A DNA stretch of 64,000 nucleotides from Kondoa subrosea (taxonomy: Eukaryota), in the NCBI GenBank assembly GCA_039545335.1, contig BCIN01000004.1, positions 1,044,925 through 1,108,924 on the forward strand. The letters run 5' to 3'. The first letter of the stretch is position 1; every line of letters begins with the position of its first letter. Positions 47,746-61,178 of this stretch are shown here, piece after piece. A program made the translations under genes and the position numbers. The notes under the pieces were generated by a model that saw only the letters and a list, made by a program, of their open reading frames with translations, searched no databases and was not told where the DNA came from.

Positions 47746-49992
47746 ATGTCAATATTGTTTGTTGAAGCATTGACAGTCGAACCTGGCGCACATCTATCGT
47801 CACTCTTCTCTCAGCATGGTCCAGGTACCAAGATCTTTCTCTCACCCAATACTACATACGCCTTACAGACGCCAATTTACCTCAGTCACGCTTCTCAGCA
47901 ATTAGCGACCTTGGACTATCCAGTTGATTCTAGCAGAGCTGTCATTCAGACTCGAGGCAAAACAGCTTGTGCTATCTCAGCACATGGATTATCTCACGTT
48001 GTTATTCGGAACTTGATCGTGGATGGATGTGAACCAGAATTAGGTAGAACGGAATATGCAGAACCAATGTGTTTTGTTGGTGCTCCCGGTAGTGAAGGAG
48101 CTTGTGTTATGGACTGCGTCTTAACGCATACAAGAGGATGGACTTGTTTGCATGCAGCGGATTTCGCTACTGGGGTAAGTCTTTTCTTGAACCCATTTAA
48201 ACATATTTGAATGCGCAGCCAGACAAAGATCATCAATAATCACGTTGGAGTCAGTCACTCGACCTATAATTTGCGCGTATACTTATTGCATCTACAGCCA
48301 AGCGGCCATCCAGCACCGAATGGACCATGGGCAGATGGGCTTTCAATAGCTGTCAGGGATGGAGTCATCGTTCGTAGCCTCTGATTCCCGTGATACAGAC
48401 TAAAAGAATTGCAGGTTGGAAACACGATTACAGATGCAACAGACGGAGCTATCGTGCTGTTTTGCTGTCCTGGATCAGTTGTAAGTGTCTTGACTCTGGA
48501 TAGCCGGCATGTGTCTGAGTGTGCATAGGTCTCGAACAATACCATTATAGCTAAGACGAGAGATCTCCTAGGTACGCGTCTCCCCTTTCGAGCCAAAGAC
48601 AACATTGCCTTACTTTGTTGATCGAAGGCGGAATAAATCTTGTCGACATGGGAGTCTTTGATGGTGATTATACAAATACAAGAGTCTTTGGCAATCGCTT
48701 CATATCAGACGGGGCGTACATCAAGCTGGCTATCGGGTTTGTTCGCTTATTCTGCTGATTGAAAATGGACTCACTAATCACTTAGAATGGGCCCGTTGAC
48801 CTGGGGAGATATGCAAGTTGTAGGTTGTAGAGGAGCAATAGTTGAAAACAAGTGAGTACTTTTGCGCCATCAGATTCGAAGCCAAAACTCAGTTGCTCTG
48901 CTTTAGTACGCTGGTAGCGGGTACTTTCGGCTATGGGTTTGCTGCAGCTGGCTGTTCCGATGTCAAAGTACGCGGCAACGTCGTTCTTCCTGCGGTCGAA
49001 TTTGAAGGGGACAGCAAATGGAATACTGGTTTACCTGCACCTTCGCCTTTCGTGAAGTCTACAAATCACGCCATCACGTCTGGAGAATTTCAGTCCGAGT
49101 TCTATGATGCCTCCATTGGTTTCCTTATCGGCATTCAACCTGGAATTGGGCATCAAAAACGCTTCTACCCGGGCGGATTGACGTTGTCTTCTGGTCAGCG
49201 TATTCAATTACAAGATGCTTTCGTAGAGCTGCAGTCGAATGGCAATCTGGTCATTGTGTCGAGAAAGAATGAGCTACTTTGGCATTCTCAATCTGGCTAC
49301 GATCATGTCAAACATTCCCAACTGATCTTCAGCTCCGCATCAGGTCTTCAAATAGTCGACAACGAGAAGAGACCGCTTTGGAGCCCGACCAGCGCTGTAC
49401 CTAAGCAGTCGACGAGCCGGACCTCGCAATACGGCAGTCAATGTCTGCTTTTCAAAGATACAATACCTTACTTAGAAATACAAGATCAAGCTGGCAACAC
49501 TACCTTTGCATCTCAATACTCATTTCCTGTCGATTGGCAGCTCGAAGATGGTTGTTATGTCGCCATGCCCGCGCTTCTTTCTCAGGGGCCTCGGGAATCC
49601 TCATCAGCAGTGACTTGGCTTTACCTGGATCCAATTACTTCTCAAGCCATTCTGCATACATCAAAATTACCGGAACAGGTAGAACAAGGATGTGAAATAT
49701 GGCGAACACCGAACTTCAGTATGCCGCCAAAGGATGAGAAATCCGAAGGACATTCAAGCAAGCTGGTATTGCAAGGGCAAGTCTTCCCTTCAGTCTGTTC
49801 TATTAGTCATACGCTGATGACAGCTTCAGAGACGGCAATCTAGTCATTTATAGAGACGGCAACGCTCGATGGGCAAGCGGAACATGGGGAGTAGCTCGAA
49901 TCGCTCTCTTCGGCGCTCATGAGCACAAGGGAGCGAGACTGGAATTATTGGACGAGAAAGGGAATATCAAATGGTCATCAACAGCTTCGTGA
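47746..49992 (+). CDS. Right-handed beta-helix (pectin lyase-like) protein fused to C-terminal bulb-type (GNA) lectin-like repeats
   Basis: GPGTKIFLSPNTTYAL, QLATLDYP, HVVIRNLIVDG, RGWTCLH, GPWADGLSIA, NTITDATDGAIVLF; C-terminal LQSNGNLVI...LWHS and LVLQ(G)DGNLVIYRDGNARWASGT. Confidence 0.8.
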
Positions 49993-50082
49993 TATTGCAT
50001 GAAACGAAAGTGTAATATCATAACATTGAAAATATAAGAACTATCCACATCCCGTCTCATGTAATCCGTCGACTCTTGCAAG

Positions 50083-51133
50083 CTACTGCTGCGCCTTCAA
50101 TGCCTCGAACAACAAAGTCCAAGCAGCTTCCATAACCGCCCATAATTCCTGATCCACAATTTGAAGAGCAACCAAGTTGGACCACAAAGAGTGTATCAGG
50201 TCTACCTTCTGCAGCAACGTCGCTCTTGGCAGAGAAGCAAACCGATGGGAAGTATTTTCGATTGTTGGCGTTAGAAGAGGAGCCAAAGATGAAGGAGGCA
50301 GAGAGGGAAGAAGACGAGGGAAGATGGATGTTGCGTCGCCTGAACAAAGGTAAGCGTGAAGAAGATCGAACGTGGCCGCTGATGGTGCTGTGAAGGAGAT
50401 GACTGGCAGCGAAACCACATTATTTGGGAACATCATGCTGCGGGAATCGTGCTGCGAGAGCTCTGCGAAAGATGGGCTGGCTGATGCATAAAGCAGACCA
50501 TGGGTCGGAAGAAGAAGCGTGCGACCAGGCATATCGCCAAACTTGATAGCCAAAATCTGCATGTGAAGTCAGCGGACTATTGAGTCCGATAGGTAAGTAG
50601 ACTTACGTGAGTTGGAGTCACCGTACGGCGACATTCCTCTGATAGCTTCACTAGTAGATACGCAGGAATATTCGATTGATCTGCCGGGGTGTCGACTTTG
50701 CAAGTGCTTGACATGCCAATGAGAGCTTTCTGATGCAGTCTCAATTGATCGACAGCATATTGAGGTGGTACTGAAGAGAGAGAAGAGTCGAGGTTGAGGT
50801 TATTGAGATCGACCGATCGAAACGATGAGGGCGGCCGCGGAAGTTTGCGAGGCAGAGCAACCGGGTTGAAGCTACTGCTAGAGGAAGAAGAGGAAGATCT
50901 GCAGAGACAATGAGACCAGCGGACAACAAGGACGCGAGACAACGTACAAGGAGTAATTTGAATGGCTAGACGAAGCTGAGCTTTGATTTGATTGAAAGGA
51001 GAAATTCTGATGACGAGATTAGCAGGAAGTCGGCATCGCTACACATGAGACTTACTGTGTCTTCACTGCGTAGAGACGCGGTCAAACTAGATCTGCGAAG
51101 AGGTCCAGCATTGAGAATGGAAGATAAGGCCAT
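50083..51133 (-). CDS. clp1: Clampless 1 (Clp1)-like basidiomycete developmental regulator
   Basis: LPRKLPRP, PPQYAVDQL, TLLLPTHGLLYASASP, LPVISFTAPSAATFDLLHAYL, IHSLWSNLVALQIVDQELWAVMEAAWTLLFEAL; three introns join in frame. Confidence 0.8.
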
Positions 51134-51531
51134 CTTGATTTGGCAGTATTGGAGAAATGGAAGCGCTTGAAGAAGTCAGTGGTGACGGAGAGCATCCTGA
51201 AGAAAGCGCAGAGCAGATATGTATTGCTTTTTCAAATCCAATCACATCAAGTTGACTTGATGTCGCGAACAAAAGACCAGATGAAAGGTCCGTGCGAAGA
51301 GGTCAGAACAGATTTTGTGCGGGCCAAGTTGAGTACAAATCATTAGGTATTGCCAAAATACGCAGGCTCGGCAGCGTCCAGCAAGACATGGAAAGACATC
51401 AAAGGAGAAGAACAAGCAAAATCAACAATTTTCGAAGTCGGTGCGGAAGGAGGTGATCTGACTGCATCAACGCAGGTAATCCTCCACTCCAGTGCAGCAG
51501 AATCCATTCAGCAACCGCGCGCGAGACAGAA

Positions 51532-54500
51532 TCAGGCTGTTTTCCGCCTTTGTGGTTTCTTTCTGCGGACAGCGGACTCCTCTTGCTCCTCTTCTTCTGC
51601 CTCTTCTTCAGCTTTAGCGGCTTTGGAAGATGATCTTTGACGTTTCTTCGAAGCCTTGACATTGCACTTCTCGACCTTCAGACCAGCTGAAAGGAGCACA
51701 TCAATCCAAACCTTTCGGTTTATTAGTAAACCGTTTCGGCGGCGACGATGCGCGCTTACCTTCTGCGTCTTCGATAATATGTCACCAGGACCTTTGACTT
51801 CGACGAACTTGGCCCGTTTTCGATCGGGTTTCCACAAGCTGTTCCAGACATTTAGCATAGTTGCTAACGGTGAATCTCCTGAACTCACAATAGGTCTGGA
51901 ACGCCTCCTACGCGATGCTCGTAATCTTCGGCGTAAACTCGACATATCGTTGCGAGAGCGTTATTGCCAATACACTGCATCATTGATTGATGATCAGTAC
52001 AGACTGACAATGGAAAAGGAGGGCCATTACCTGAACTATGGCGAGCAAATCCTCTTTGCTGTACATCTCCCATCGAACGCCGACACACCAAGTCGCACGC
52101 GGTCTTTCGCGATCATCGACCGCTTCGATAATTTCTTTTGTTTTACCAGCATGAATCTCTTGGATGCGAGTTGCGACCAGATCAGCACGGACTGATTGCA
52201 TATGTTAGTCGCAGTATCAAATGACCAAAGACAGAGACGTACCGATTGAAAACGCATCGGTGCGCAGATCCAGAGGTTCAGATTGATACGCGGTTTCGAA
52301 AGCTCCGTCGGTCTGGTGAAAGAGAATATCCCAGAACAGCATAGAGAACTGTAATGATGGTCAGCTGTAGGTAATTACGATGCGTTGGAAGACCTTGCTA
52401 TGGTTGTTAAGATACTATTCTCGGAATGGACACTAAAGTATACGTCAGCCGACTGATCGAGGAGTCAAATTTGCACAAACGCACCCTTTCCATCCGGCAG
52501 CGCGATAATGCTGCAGACTGAGCTCTTCGACGCTGACTACTTCTTCCTCATCAAGAGTAGACTTCCATATGGATTTCTTGCCAGTAATGCGATCGCCAAG
52601 CTGATCTCCTTGTAGTTCAACATCAACAGCTTTGTTCAATTGCTCAGCAAATACGTGCCGCGATTCTTTAGGTACTTTGAGAAGGGATTCCAAACGAGCT
52701 ATCCTTCTTTGTAAAGCATGTCGTTCAACTAAACAACCTGTATGAGCGGCGAATACCGCAAGCAAAGAGACGAAACATACCGAGATGTGTCCAGGGATCC
52801 TCTAAACCTCGCCAACAGATAGCTAAAGCTTCTTTCCGACATTCCTCTTGCGACAATCTCGTATTTGTAACTTCCACGATCTCGTCATCGGAATCGGAAT
52901 CGTTATTCGATGAACCAAGAGGGACTTCTTCCGCAATGCCTGCCATTCCGTGCTCCATGTAAATCAGAGCTAAGCGATCCCACCATTGACCTCTTCGACC
53001 ACGACGAAAACAAGTTTGATCTAATAAAGCTTTAAGAACGGTCACTTCTCGGTCGTGCATTTTGAAGTAAGCTAGAGCTTCTGTTCCTTTATGTACAGCG
53101 CGAGTCAAGGGCCAGCCTGGAGACCAACCACATCAGCTTTCTATACTCAAGCAGGCGATGCAAGAAGTTACTTACCAACATGAAAGCGCTTGAGATAGTA
53201 AGACAACCGATCATTCTCTTTACTATCTTTCTTGCCATTATCCAACTTCTTTTCTTCAGCCACACATTTACACCAAGCTTCCCAAGCGATTTCAAACAAT
53301 TCCAAAATCCTTTTGAACCTTTTCTGTTTGACTCCAGTTCTCAATTTTTTCCAATCTGCAACTTCTTTAGCATAAACTTCTGCCTCTTTTTCAACAGTCC
53401 CATTCTCAGTCGTTGCTGAAGGTCGAGGTCCACCAACTGGTGAGTGAGCAGTTTCAGTTGCTTCTTCCAGTTCTCGCTCAATATTGAGAGCGATTTCATA
53501 TTTGATTAAACTTTCTCGATCGGAAAAGATGGTGAAAGAACGTGAGAGAGTGTAAGTAGGGTAGTTACGTTTCTGGAATCGAGCGAGAAGAGGTGCAGTC
53601 ATTGAATTGTGGTTTGTAGGAGGAGCGCAGCGATGGAAGATGAGATGTAAGCGATTGTAGAGTTGTGTCATTGATGGATCTAGTTTGATGACAGGACCGA
53701 TCAGAGCGAGCACTACGAACTATGAGTTGAATGACGACGCGACAGAAACAGCGGACTCACGTTTTCTGATCAGCAAGTCTGATTGCTTGACTGGTGTACG
53801 AGGTGGAACAGACTTGGACTTCTTCTTGGATTTGACATTCTGCTTGCCAGCTGATGGTTGAACAAAAGAAGAAAAGAGAGTAGTCTGCTTTGAAGTATAA
53901 GATTTCAGGCTAGCGACAATGGTGGGCCTCTATGGTGAACACCTGAGCTGAACATTCAGTATCGCTTATAGCAGGAACTTACAGTCCAAGCAATCGCAAC
54001 GTGTTTGCCCTTCTTCAATACCTTAGGTACAGGTAGATTGAAATCTTTAGCGATAGTCTTGAGTTCTTCTACAGTGACCATTGCACAAAGTTCACCGACA
54101 TCCGATCGCTCTTTTAGTGCAGCACCGTCCTCTGCGAATTTGCCTAGACCTTGGATCTCTTCTGTCAGGTCACGATCGAACAAAGTTGGCCTGTCTTTCA
54201 TTTTGCCCTTGCCTTTGAGATCGGGCCTAGGCGAGTCAGGTATAAGTATTGAATCATCTGCCGAATTGCCAGAGGTATATAACAATTCATGTGAGAAAGC
54301 CTTGAAGGAGCAAAGTTCAGCACAAGCGGCTGCCATGTCTGGAATGTCGCGTTCGTAAGATAGACCAGCTATTCGAAAGTATCCATTCTTGCGGATGAAG
54401 AGTCTTATAAAGAGATAGCGAGCAGCATCTGCATATCTCACAGCTTCAGCCCTTGATCCTTGCGATCAGATCTGCGCGAAAACTAACAAGACATGTTGAT

Positions 54501-54734
54501 CCATCGGTCGAAAGCCCTGAGTTCCAGATCCGAGAAGAGAAACTTTTCTCTAGCCATTACAGTATCATACATCTCTTGCCAGGCCTCAACATAGAACGAT
54601 ACGCGTGATTCAGACGAAAGTGCTTTCACAGCTTCTGGCGTGGAGACTCCTTCATTCTCGTGCTCAATTTCAGCTACAGTAGGCGTAGAGGGTATCTTCA
54701 GAGAGGTACTAGGCCTGCACGGGCTCGCAGACAT
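51532..54734 (-). CDS. FAN1: Fanconi-associated nuclease 1 (VRR-NUC)
   Basis: ARYLFIRLFIRK, RGRRGQWWDRLALI, SVEELSLQHY, HSENSILTT, AFETAYQSEPLDL, GGVPDL, FVEVKGPGDILSKTQ|VWIDVL. Confidence 0.94.
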
Positions 54735-55113
54735 GCTTTGGGTATAAATGCAACTCCGTTCGTTGATCGAGTTCAGGGGGACGCGATATCTCGAGATGGT
54801 AGCGGTCAAGTGAGCCACAAGCAAGTATACAGGCATGTAGCAATTAAAGGAAAGCTTAAGTCTATACAAATTATCCGCATTGTGAACTGATTTAGCCTTT
54901 GATCCCAGCCTGAGCCAGTCGTGCTTGAATTTCATTCTCCTTAAGTAGACCGGCTTTGACCAGTGCAAGTCGAAAGCTGGAAGATGGATCGGCTTTTCTG
55001 ATCGCTTGCAATAGATCCAGCGCTAGCTTGTACCTGAGATTCTGCTTGTTCGTGAGAGTCTGCAATGCCTGCGTTGCGCAATGTTCAGCAGATTAGATTG
55101 CCCGTGACTATCT

Positions 55114-56421
55114 TTAGCTTACGTCTTCGTTGCCTACGTGTTCTTGCACCATCTTGGCAATTATCATGTTCTCTCGCGACCAAGTAAGTAGAGCTCGATG
55201 TGGATAACGTTGATGCCAAAACACGTTCGACTTGTAGTGCGATTCAGCATGAGTCGGAACCGCAAGAGCTTTGTGGTCCTCAGGTTTTGAATATTGCTTT
55301 GCTGCCGACAATAGGAACTGACCAAACCAGAGTTCTTCTTGTTCCAGGACTTTGTGAACATTTTTGAAATCGCACAAAAGAACCAAATTCGTCAGGCGCA
55401 TCTTGCCGAAAGCCCATTCTATGCACTTGCTCAGGTCGTCGCATGGGATTCCAGCGCTATCAACCAAAGTCAATGTGCCAAAGAGACCGGCGTTACGAAT
55501 TGCAGATGGACAGTAACAGCCTTGTTGGCCAAAAACCGGATGGGTCATGAAGGGCTTCCCTTGCGCATCAATCTTGTTTGCAACGGGCAGGCATGCTTCA
55601 GGATAGAATTGGTAGGGCATTGCAACGATATGCATCTCGCGGAGCACCTCTATGTCGGACTTGCCATTGGGAGCACTAGGATGCTGTGGAGGCGTGCTGT
55701 ATGCTGTGCGCGAAGGAACAGTGAAGGCTGGATCATAGGCAAAGGTGAAGTTGTCCGTATATGTACCACTGGAACTTCGCAACGTCGCAATCTAGAGCAT
55801 CACGTGAATTACTTGCCGTAATCAGTCGCAGAGCAGGAGACTTACCCATGCATTCCTGAGCATCTCGAAGGCGCAAATCTGAGACCAAGCAGCTCGCACG
55901 TGTTCGTCAGAAGGCTGATTCTCGTACTTTCCAGGAGGCCAATATGGATGATCTAAAGAGCTAATTCCTAAGATGGCCATCACTTGGATCGGACCTTTCT
56001 TTTTGCTTATTTCGGCCAGACAGCGCATGGTCCATCCTAGGAATCGACATCAAAGACGCTGAAGGGCAACAGAATACACTTACCGACTTCAGCCTGTAGA
56101 CCAGATACAGTCTTCCCATCCTGCTCACGAACAGTGATGTCTCTAACGATCTTGCAATGACCCAAAATACCAGAGCCTGTATCGACGTTGCCTTGATGAG
56201 GATGATTGAGTACAGAGTCCTGAAGAGACATTGGTCTGGTAGGTAGCTCAGGCAAATGATGACTATCAAGTAGAGTCATGAGCGTGAGAAAGATATGCTT
56301 ATGCAGCTTACGAAGAAGGTTGAGTACTCGGCAAAGGCCGCGGAGGAAGCTGTTGATCCTCTGGTTTGACGTTGCGACCATATGGCTGCTGATGCTTTGA
56401 TAGAGGGTTCATGTTGCTCAT
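55114..56421 (-). CDS. Hypothetical protein, globular-looking, family not recognised
   Basis: Consecutive ORFs (56037-56381, 55822-56028, 55114-55782) joined by gtaagt/gtaagc introns. Confidence 0.55.
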
Positions 56422-56944
56422 GGCTAAAGCGTTGGAAAGCAGAAGTTTCGATGAAAAGATGACGTTCGCAAGAATAGATAACGACCAGGAAAAGAGAGAT
56501 AGCTTGGAACGCCTTGTATTAATATGGAAAGGCTGTTCTTAGGTCCGCAGTTCGTTTCTGAGCTCCGAACGCTGGATCGTTCGCCTGAGCGTGATCACGA
56601 GCCAATATTGGCAGGTAAATCGCGGTCTGTAGTTGGCCCAAACGAAGGCAAAGCCGTACATGGAAGTTCGGACTGCTCGATCCTGAGTTGAATATGATGA
56701 ACAAAAGTGGAACAATGGGAGCAATAGTATGATTGTACGGCCATTCGGTTCTTCAGATAGTGATGAAGCCCTTAGTAGCAGGCAGAGTTCTGCTATAGCA
56801 CAATGCGATTAAAATGACTGCATTCCTTCGTGTAGTTCCGGCGTCCGGGGAAAGCGAGATAGCGAAGCATCAGCCAGCAAGCTTCAAGAAACGCAAAGGT
56901 AGACGAGGTTCGAGGACAAGAGCCGTAGCGCTTGACCTGCAACA

Positions 56945-57894
56945 ATGAGCCGAAAAGCTGTTACCCTATTGAGTCAAGCTCTAGCCAGATCTGTGGTCTC
57001 ACATACCTCCTCTTCAAGTATACCTATACGTCGCTGCATAGCATCGACCTCTCAAGTAGCTTATCCACGAAAATACAAACCAGCATCGAAATGGGCCGTT
57101 TATGAGAATGAAGCTTTAAGGAATGAAGCTGAAGCGTTAGAGGAAGACGAAGACTTAGCGGAACAAGAGCAAGATCGAGTATTGCTCAATGACTTGGAAC
57201 AAGAAGATCAAGAGAGTCGAGCCTGGTTCGTGGACAAGTCTTATTCGCTCAAGGATGCCTTGGCCAGTCGAACTCAATCTGTTAAAGAACCACCTTTACC
57301 TCCTCCGAACTTACCTGGTCATTTGGCTGATTTTCATAAAGCTTTGATTGAGGCACCTTTCTTTGATGATGTGCGATTCATTGATGCGAAAGCAAGAGAT
57401 GCAATGGCGTATTGCAGCTGGGTGGTGGTGTGTCAGTTAAAAGCGGGAAGAGAAAGGAGTATACGAGGAGCGGCACAAGCAGCAAGACGAGAAGTAGGCA
57501 AACTTCCGATTTGATTATATCTATACTCATGTTGTGCCAGCTATCGAAAGCTCTACGAAATGCGTCAAATCCGGAGCTAGCGACTACCAGCTCACTGTCA
57601 GTAGAAGGCTTGAATGTGGATGAACCGCGTTGGTGCTTGGTCGACGGTGTCAGTGTCGTAGTTCGTACGTATTCACTTCGTACCTTGCTCTTTCAGACAC
57701 TCATACAGTGCATCATAGACGTAATGACGAAAGAAGGCAGAGCGCATTTCGATGTAGAAGGGGTCTGGGAAGATAGGTCATCTTTGCCTAGAGAAGAAGA
57801 GTATATACCCACAGCAGAGGACTGGGCGCAAGCGAGAGCACCGCTAAAACCAGAGAGGAAGACAGCAAGTACTTTCACAACACGTAGAACCTGA
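56945..57894 (+). CDS. Mitochondrial RsfS/Iojap-domain protein (ATP25 N-domain / MALSU1-like)
   Basis: Presequence MSRKAVTLLSQALARS; DDVRFIDAK...WVVVC...SIRGAA and WCLVDGVSVVV|HVMTKEGRAHFDVEGVW. Confidence 0.8.
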
Positions 57895-57929
57895 TCTGCG
57901 CATTTGTATTATATATCATTTTTGGCACG

Positions 57930-60072
57930 CTACAATTCGCCCATTGCTTCTGACAACGCTCTAGACAATGGCCTATCGTCTGGGTCCTCTTCTTCGTCAT
58001 CTACTTCCATTGTATGCGGAATTGCAGAGAGAGGGTCCTCATCATAGACAGTTTTGAGCGGTATGTTTCGAAACCTTCCTGGCTCTTGATCGAAGATGGG
58101 TTCCAAACCATCAACAAAGCGTCTTCTTTTATCGATAGCGGCCAGCAATGTTTCCGAGAGCGGCGTTCTCTTGTCTTCTGCAGTTGAATTCGTAGCAGCT
58201 GTAGATTTCTCTTTTGCAGCCAAAGCAGCTTTCTTCTTGCTTGCTCCTCTCAATCGTTTCAACCAACCAGTTTCCACAGTCTTTTCCAATCCATCCCTCA
58301 TAGACTCATACTCTTGATACGCCATTCTATCTTTAACCCTTTCGACCAATTTCCCTTTCCGAGCTTCATTGATTCCAATTTGACTAGATAATTCTCTTTG
58401 ACATGCTCTTAAAGCAGAAGAAATTTCATCATCCGTTCTATTCGTCCAATCAATGAATCCATCTCGAGTTTTGGTTCCAGTGACGTTAGGGAAAACGCCT
58501 AAATGTCGTAATTCTTTTCGAACCCTTTCTTCAACATCAACAGCATCGATTATTGTAGTTGTTCCTACTCCTACTCCATCTTCTAGTGCTACTCCATCTT
58601 CTTGCATCGGTTCTTCTTCTGACAAAGATGGAAGTAAAACTTGATTCCCACTCAGAGAAGCAACCAGTCTTTCTGTGATCGGACCAAGGTAAACGTTCTC
58701 TGTAGAAAGAGTATCATCTAAGATCAATTCAGCTCGGAAGCGTTCTAAATAAGGTGGTTCTAAAGGATGAGCTGCGGGAGGTGGTGTGGAAGCGGAGTCT
58801 TCTTCAGCCCAAGTCTCTGTGTAATGTCTTCCTAGAGCAGGTATGATAAAAGGTGTTAGATCGTCCGCCTGAAAAAAGAGCCCAATCGGATCAGCCCTTG
58901 CTTTGAGTCTCATTCAAGGAATAAAGTACCTTTTGCGAGAGGTAAGCTATATCATCTTCCCCATAAGAACGTAGATAAGGATCCACGAAACTCAAAAAAG
59001 TAGTGAAAGGGGTTTGAGTGCCAACTTTGACTTTAGAGAAATCTTCCGTTACGTCTTTTTGAGTTTTCGGTAACGGAACAGGAGGAACAGAAAGAGGTCG
59101 AGGCGGTAGTAACGGTCGATTGCTGTTCAACGAAAAATCGTCCGCTACGCTCAATTGAGGTGGACCTCTTCGGACGGGCGCAACATAGGCTTTCTGACTT
59201 GTTGATGCAGTTGGAGTGTCGTTGATCTTGAATTTCAGACTAGGCGGTACAGAGGCTGAAGAAGATGGAGCTGGGGAGACTGCCGTGGATGTACTAGCAA
59301 GAGGTGAATTTTGTCTGACTTTGGCTACAGATTTGGGTACAGCCGCCGATGGTGCAGCTGAAGGTGCAGTCTTTCGAGATTTGGAAGGAGGTTGAGAAGC
59401 TTTCGAAGTGGATGCCACTGGTGCTGCGGCGGGTGCTACTCGCGCCAGACTTAGGTGGAATTGCCTGTTGGCTGCAAATGGAGACTTACATTCAACACCT
59501 GAATATTCTTCGTCAGAATCGGCAATAACACCTTCTCTCTTTCGTTTCCGCTTGCCATTCGTATTCCTATGCGATCATTTAGGATGACTCTAGTTACTGA
59601 AGTAGGACAACTCACGACTGCTTTTGCTTAATGTGAGTACTGTCTGCATCTGAGAGATCTACAGATGAAGCTCCGACTGTACATAGAGAGTCAGCATAGA
59701 ATGAAAGTTTGCTTGCTCGATAGACTGACCACTGCTCTCTCGCTTTGCTTTCGCTAAAGCTTTCTTGTCCACAGTTGAAGCAGATCCATTGACAACTGGA
59801 GCAGGAGAAGGTGCTGCAGAAGAACTGGGCTTCTCTTTTTCTTTCCCTTTGCCTTTTGCTTTTGTACTTGGCCAATTCTTGAGCTTTTCTTCGTCCTCGT
59901 GAATCTTGGATTTTCGATTGCTTAAATTGTTTTGAATCACTCGAAGTTCTTCTTGTAAAAGCAGAAGATCGCTATTTGAGGGAATCTGAGAAGTTGAAGC
60001 TGCTGGGGAAGCATAAGAGCCAACTAATGGCGATGGAAGCATCACATAGGGACTGAAAGTCTGCTTCTCCAT
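57930..60072 (-). CDS. NGG1: SAGA/ADA histone acetyltransferase complex subunit Ada3
   Basis: VTEDFSKVK, FLSFVDPYLRSYGEDDIAYL, PFIIPALGRHYTETWAEED, GPITERLVASL, VEERVRKELRHLG, DDEISSALRACQREL, RMAYQEY. Start codon approximate. Confidence 0.92.
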
Positions 60073-61178
60073 CTCGGCTGACCACTTATGTTTCAAGCTG
60101 AGTGTCTCCTACAAGGCATAGAGGTAGATAACAGGGAATATTGAGGTAGAGGCGACCCGAATGAACCGCAATGTGAGGTTAAGCCAGAAGAGGTTGCAGG
60201 CCTCGCTGAGAGCTCAGAAGTAGCTCTATAGACAGCTTGAGCTACTGTTGACTTTTCCAGCTGGTTTACGAGGCTCGATGAGGTCTGACGAAGCCAGTAG
60301 AAGCGATAATGCGAGAATCTTTATCTCGACGATATTTTCGACCAAGAGCGCGGATTGGTAGCTTGAGACCGCGAAGAGCCTTATTCACACGCGTGCGAGT
60401 TCTATAAGATCGCTGGAGTACTGGTTAGAGGGCTTCGGTCGGCTCTTGTTTTCTTCGAGCAATTTGCGAATCTCGCTTGTTCCAAAGCAGCCAATTCTGC
60501 GCGGTCGTATGAAGTCCTTATCATGGATGAGAGGATTGTAATGCCGCTCTCTTGCGATATCCTGCCCTCTGCATGTTTCTTATCCGCGAACGAGCGCTCT
60601 TTGCATTGTATTTCAGTACAGCCAGTTTGAGCACAATGTACAGCAGTCCATGAGACGACCTATCCTGCTTGCTGGTACTCGTCTCCTTGGCCCTTGTTTG
60701 ATTTGTGCCGTATCATGCTTTAGTCCTGGTCGATTGTCAATGATTTCCTGTCGAATGCTTCCACTTCACAGCTTGGCGGTCATCTTGTTGGAGATCCCTC
60801 GCTTATACAACATACCGCCCCATACACCTCATCGCTGTTATAGTCTGTCGCACAGTGCTAAAGCAACTTCAGTTCTGACCCTCTAGCCAAGCAGCAACTT
60901 TGCGATCCTCGCTTCATCTGATGCCAATCATGTACAACTAACTCTTTACCCACTGAGTTTGAAACTTTGCAGAAGATGGTGGGGTTGACTGGCTCTCAAG
61001 TTGTCTTAGGTATTGATAAAGACCAGATACGCTTCGGCGCATACTCTGAATATTGTACTAATCCAAGTAGCTGTACTCTGTCTAGGAGAATATTATGATG
61101 CAACGAAGGTTTTCTATCTCTACTAGTACTGCTACACGAATCTTATGTATGAAAAGCCCCCGCACTTTCGATTCGGTC

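Noticed and set aside
42822..49992. Possible secondary-metabolite cluster (NmrA, methyltransferase, beta-helix)
   Set aside because: No backbone enzyme (PKS, NRPS, terpene synthase), transporter or cluster regulator in the window.
20176..54734. Apparent DNA-repair cluster (TDP2-like, EME1, FAN1)
   Set aside because: Spread over 35 kb among unrelated genes; expected by chance in a compact genome.
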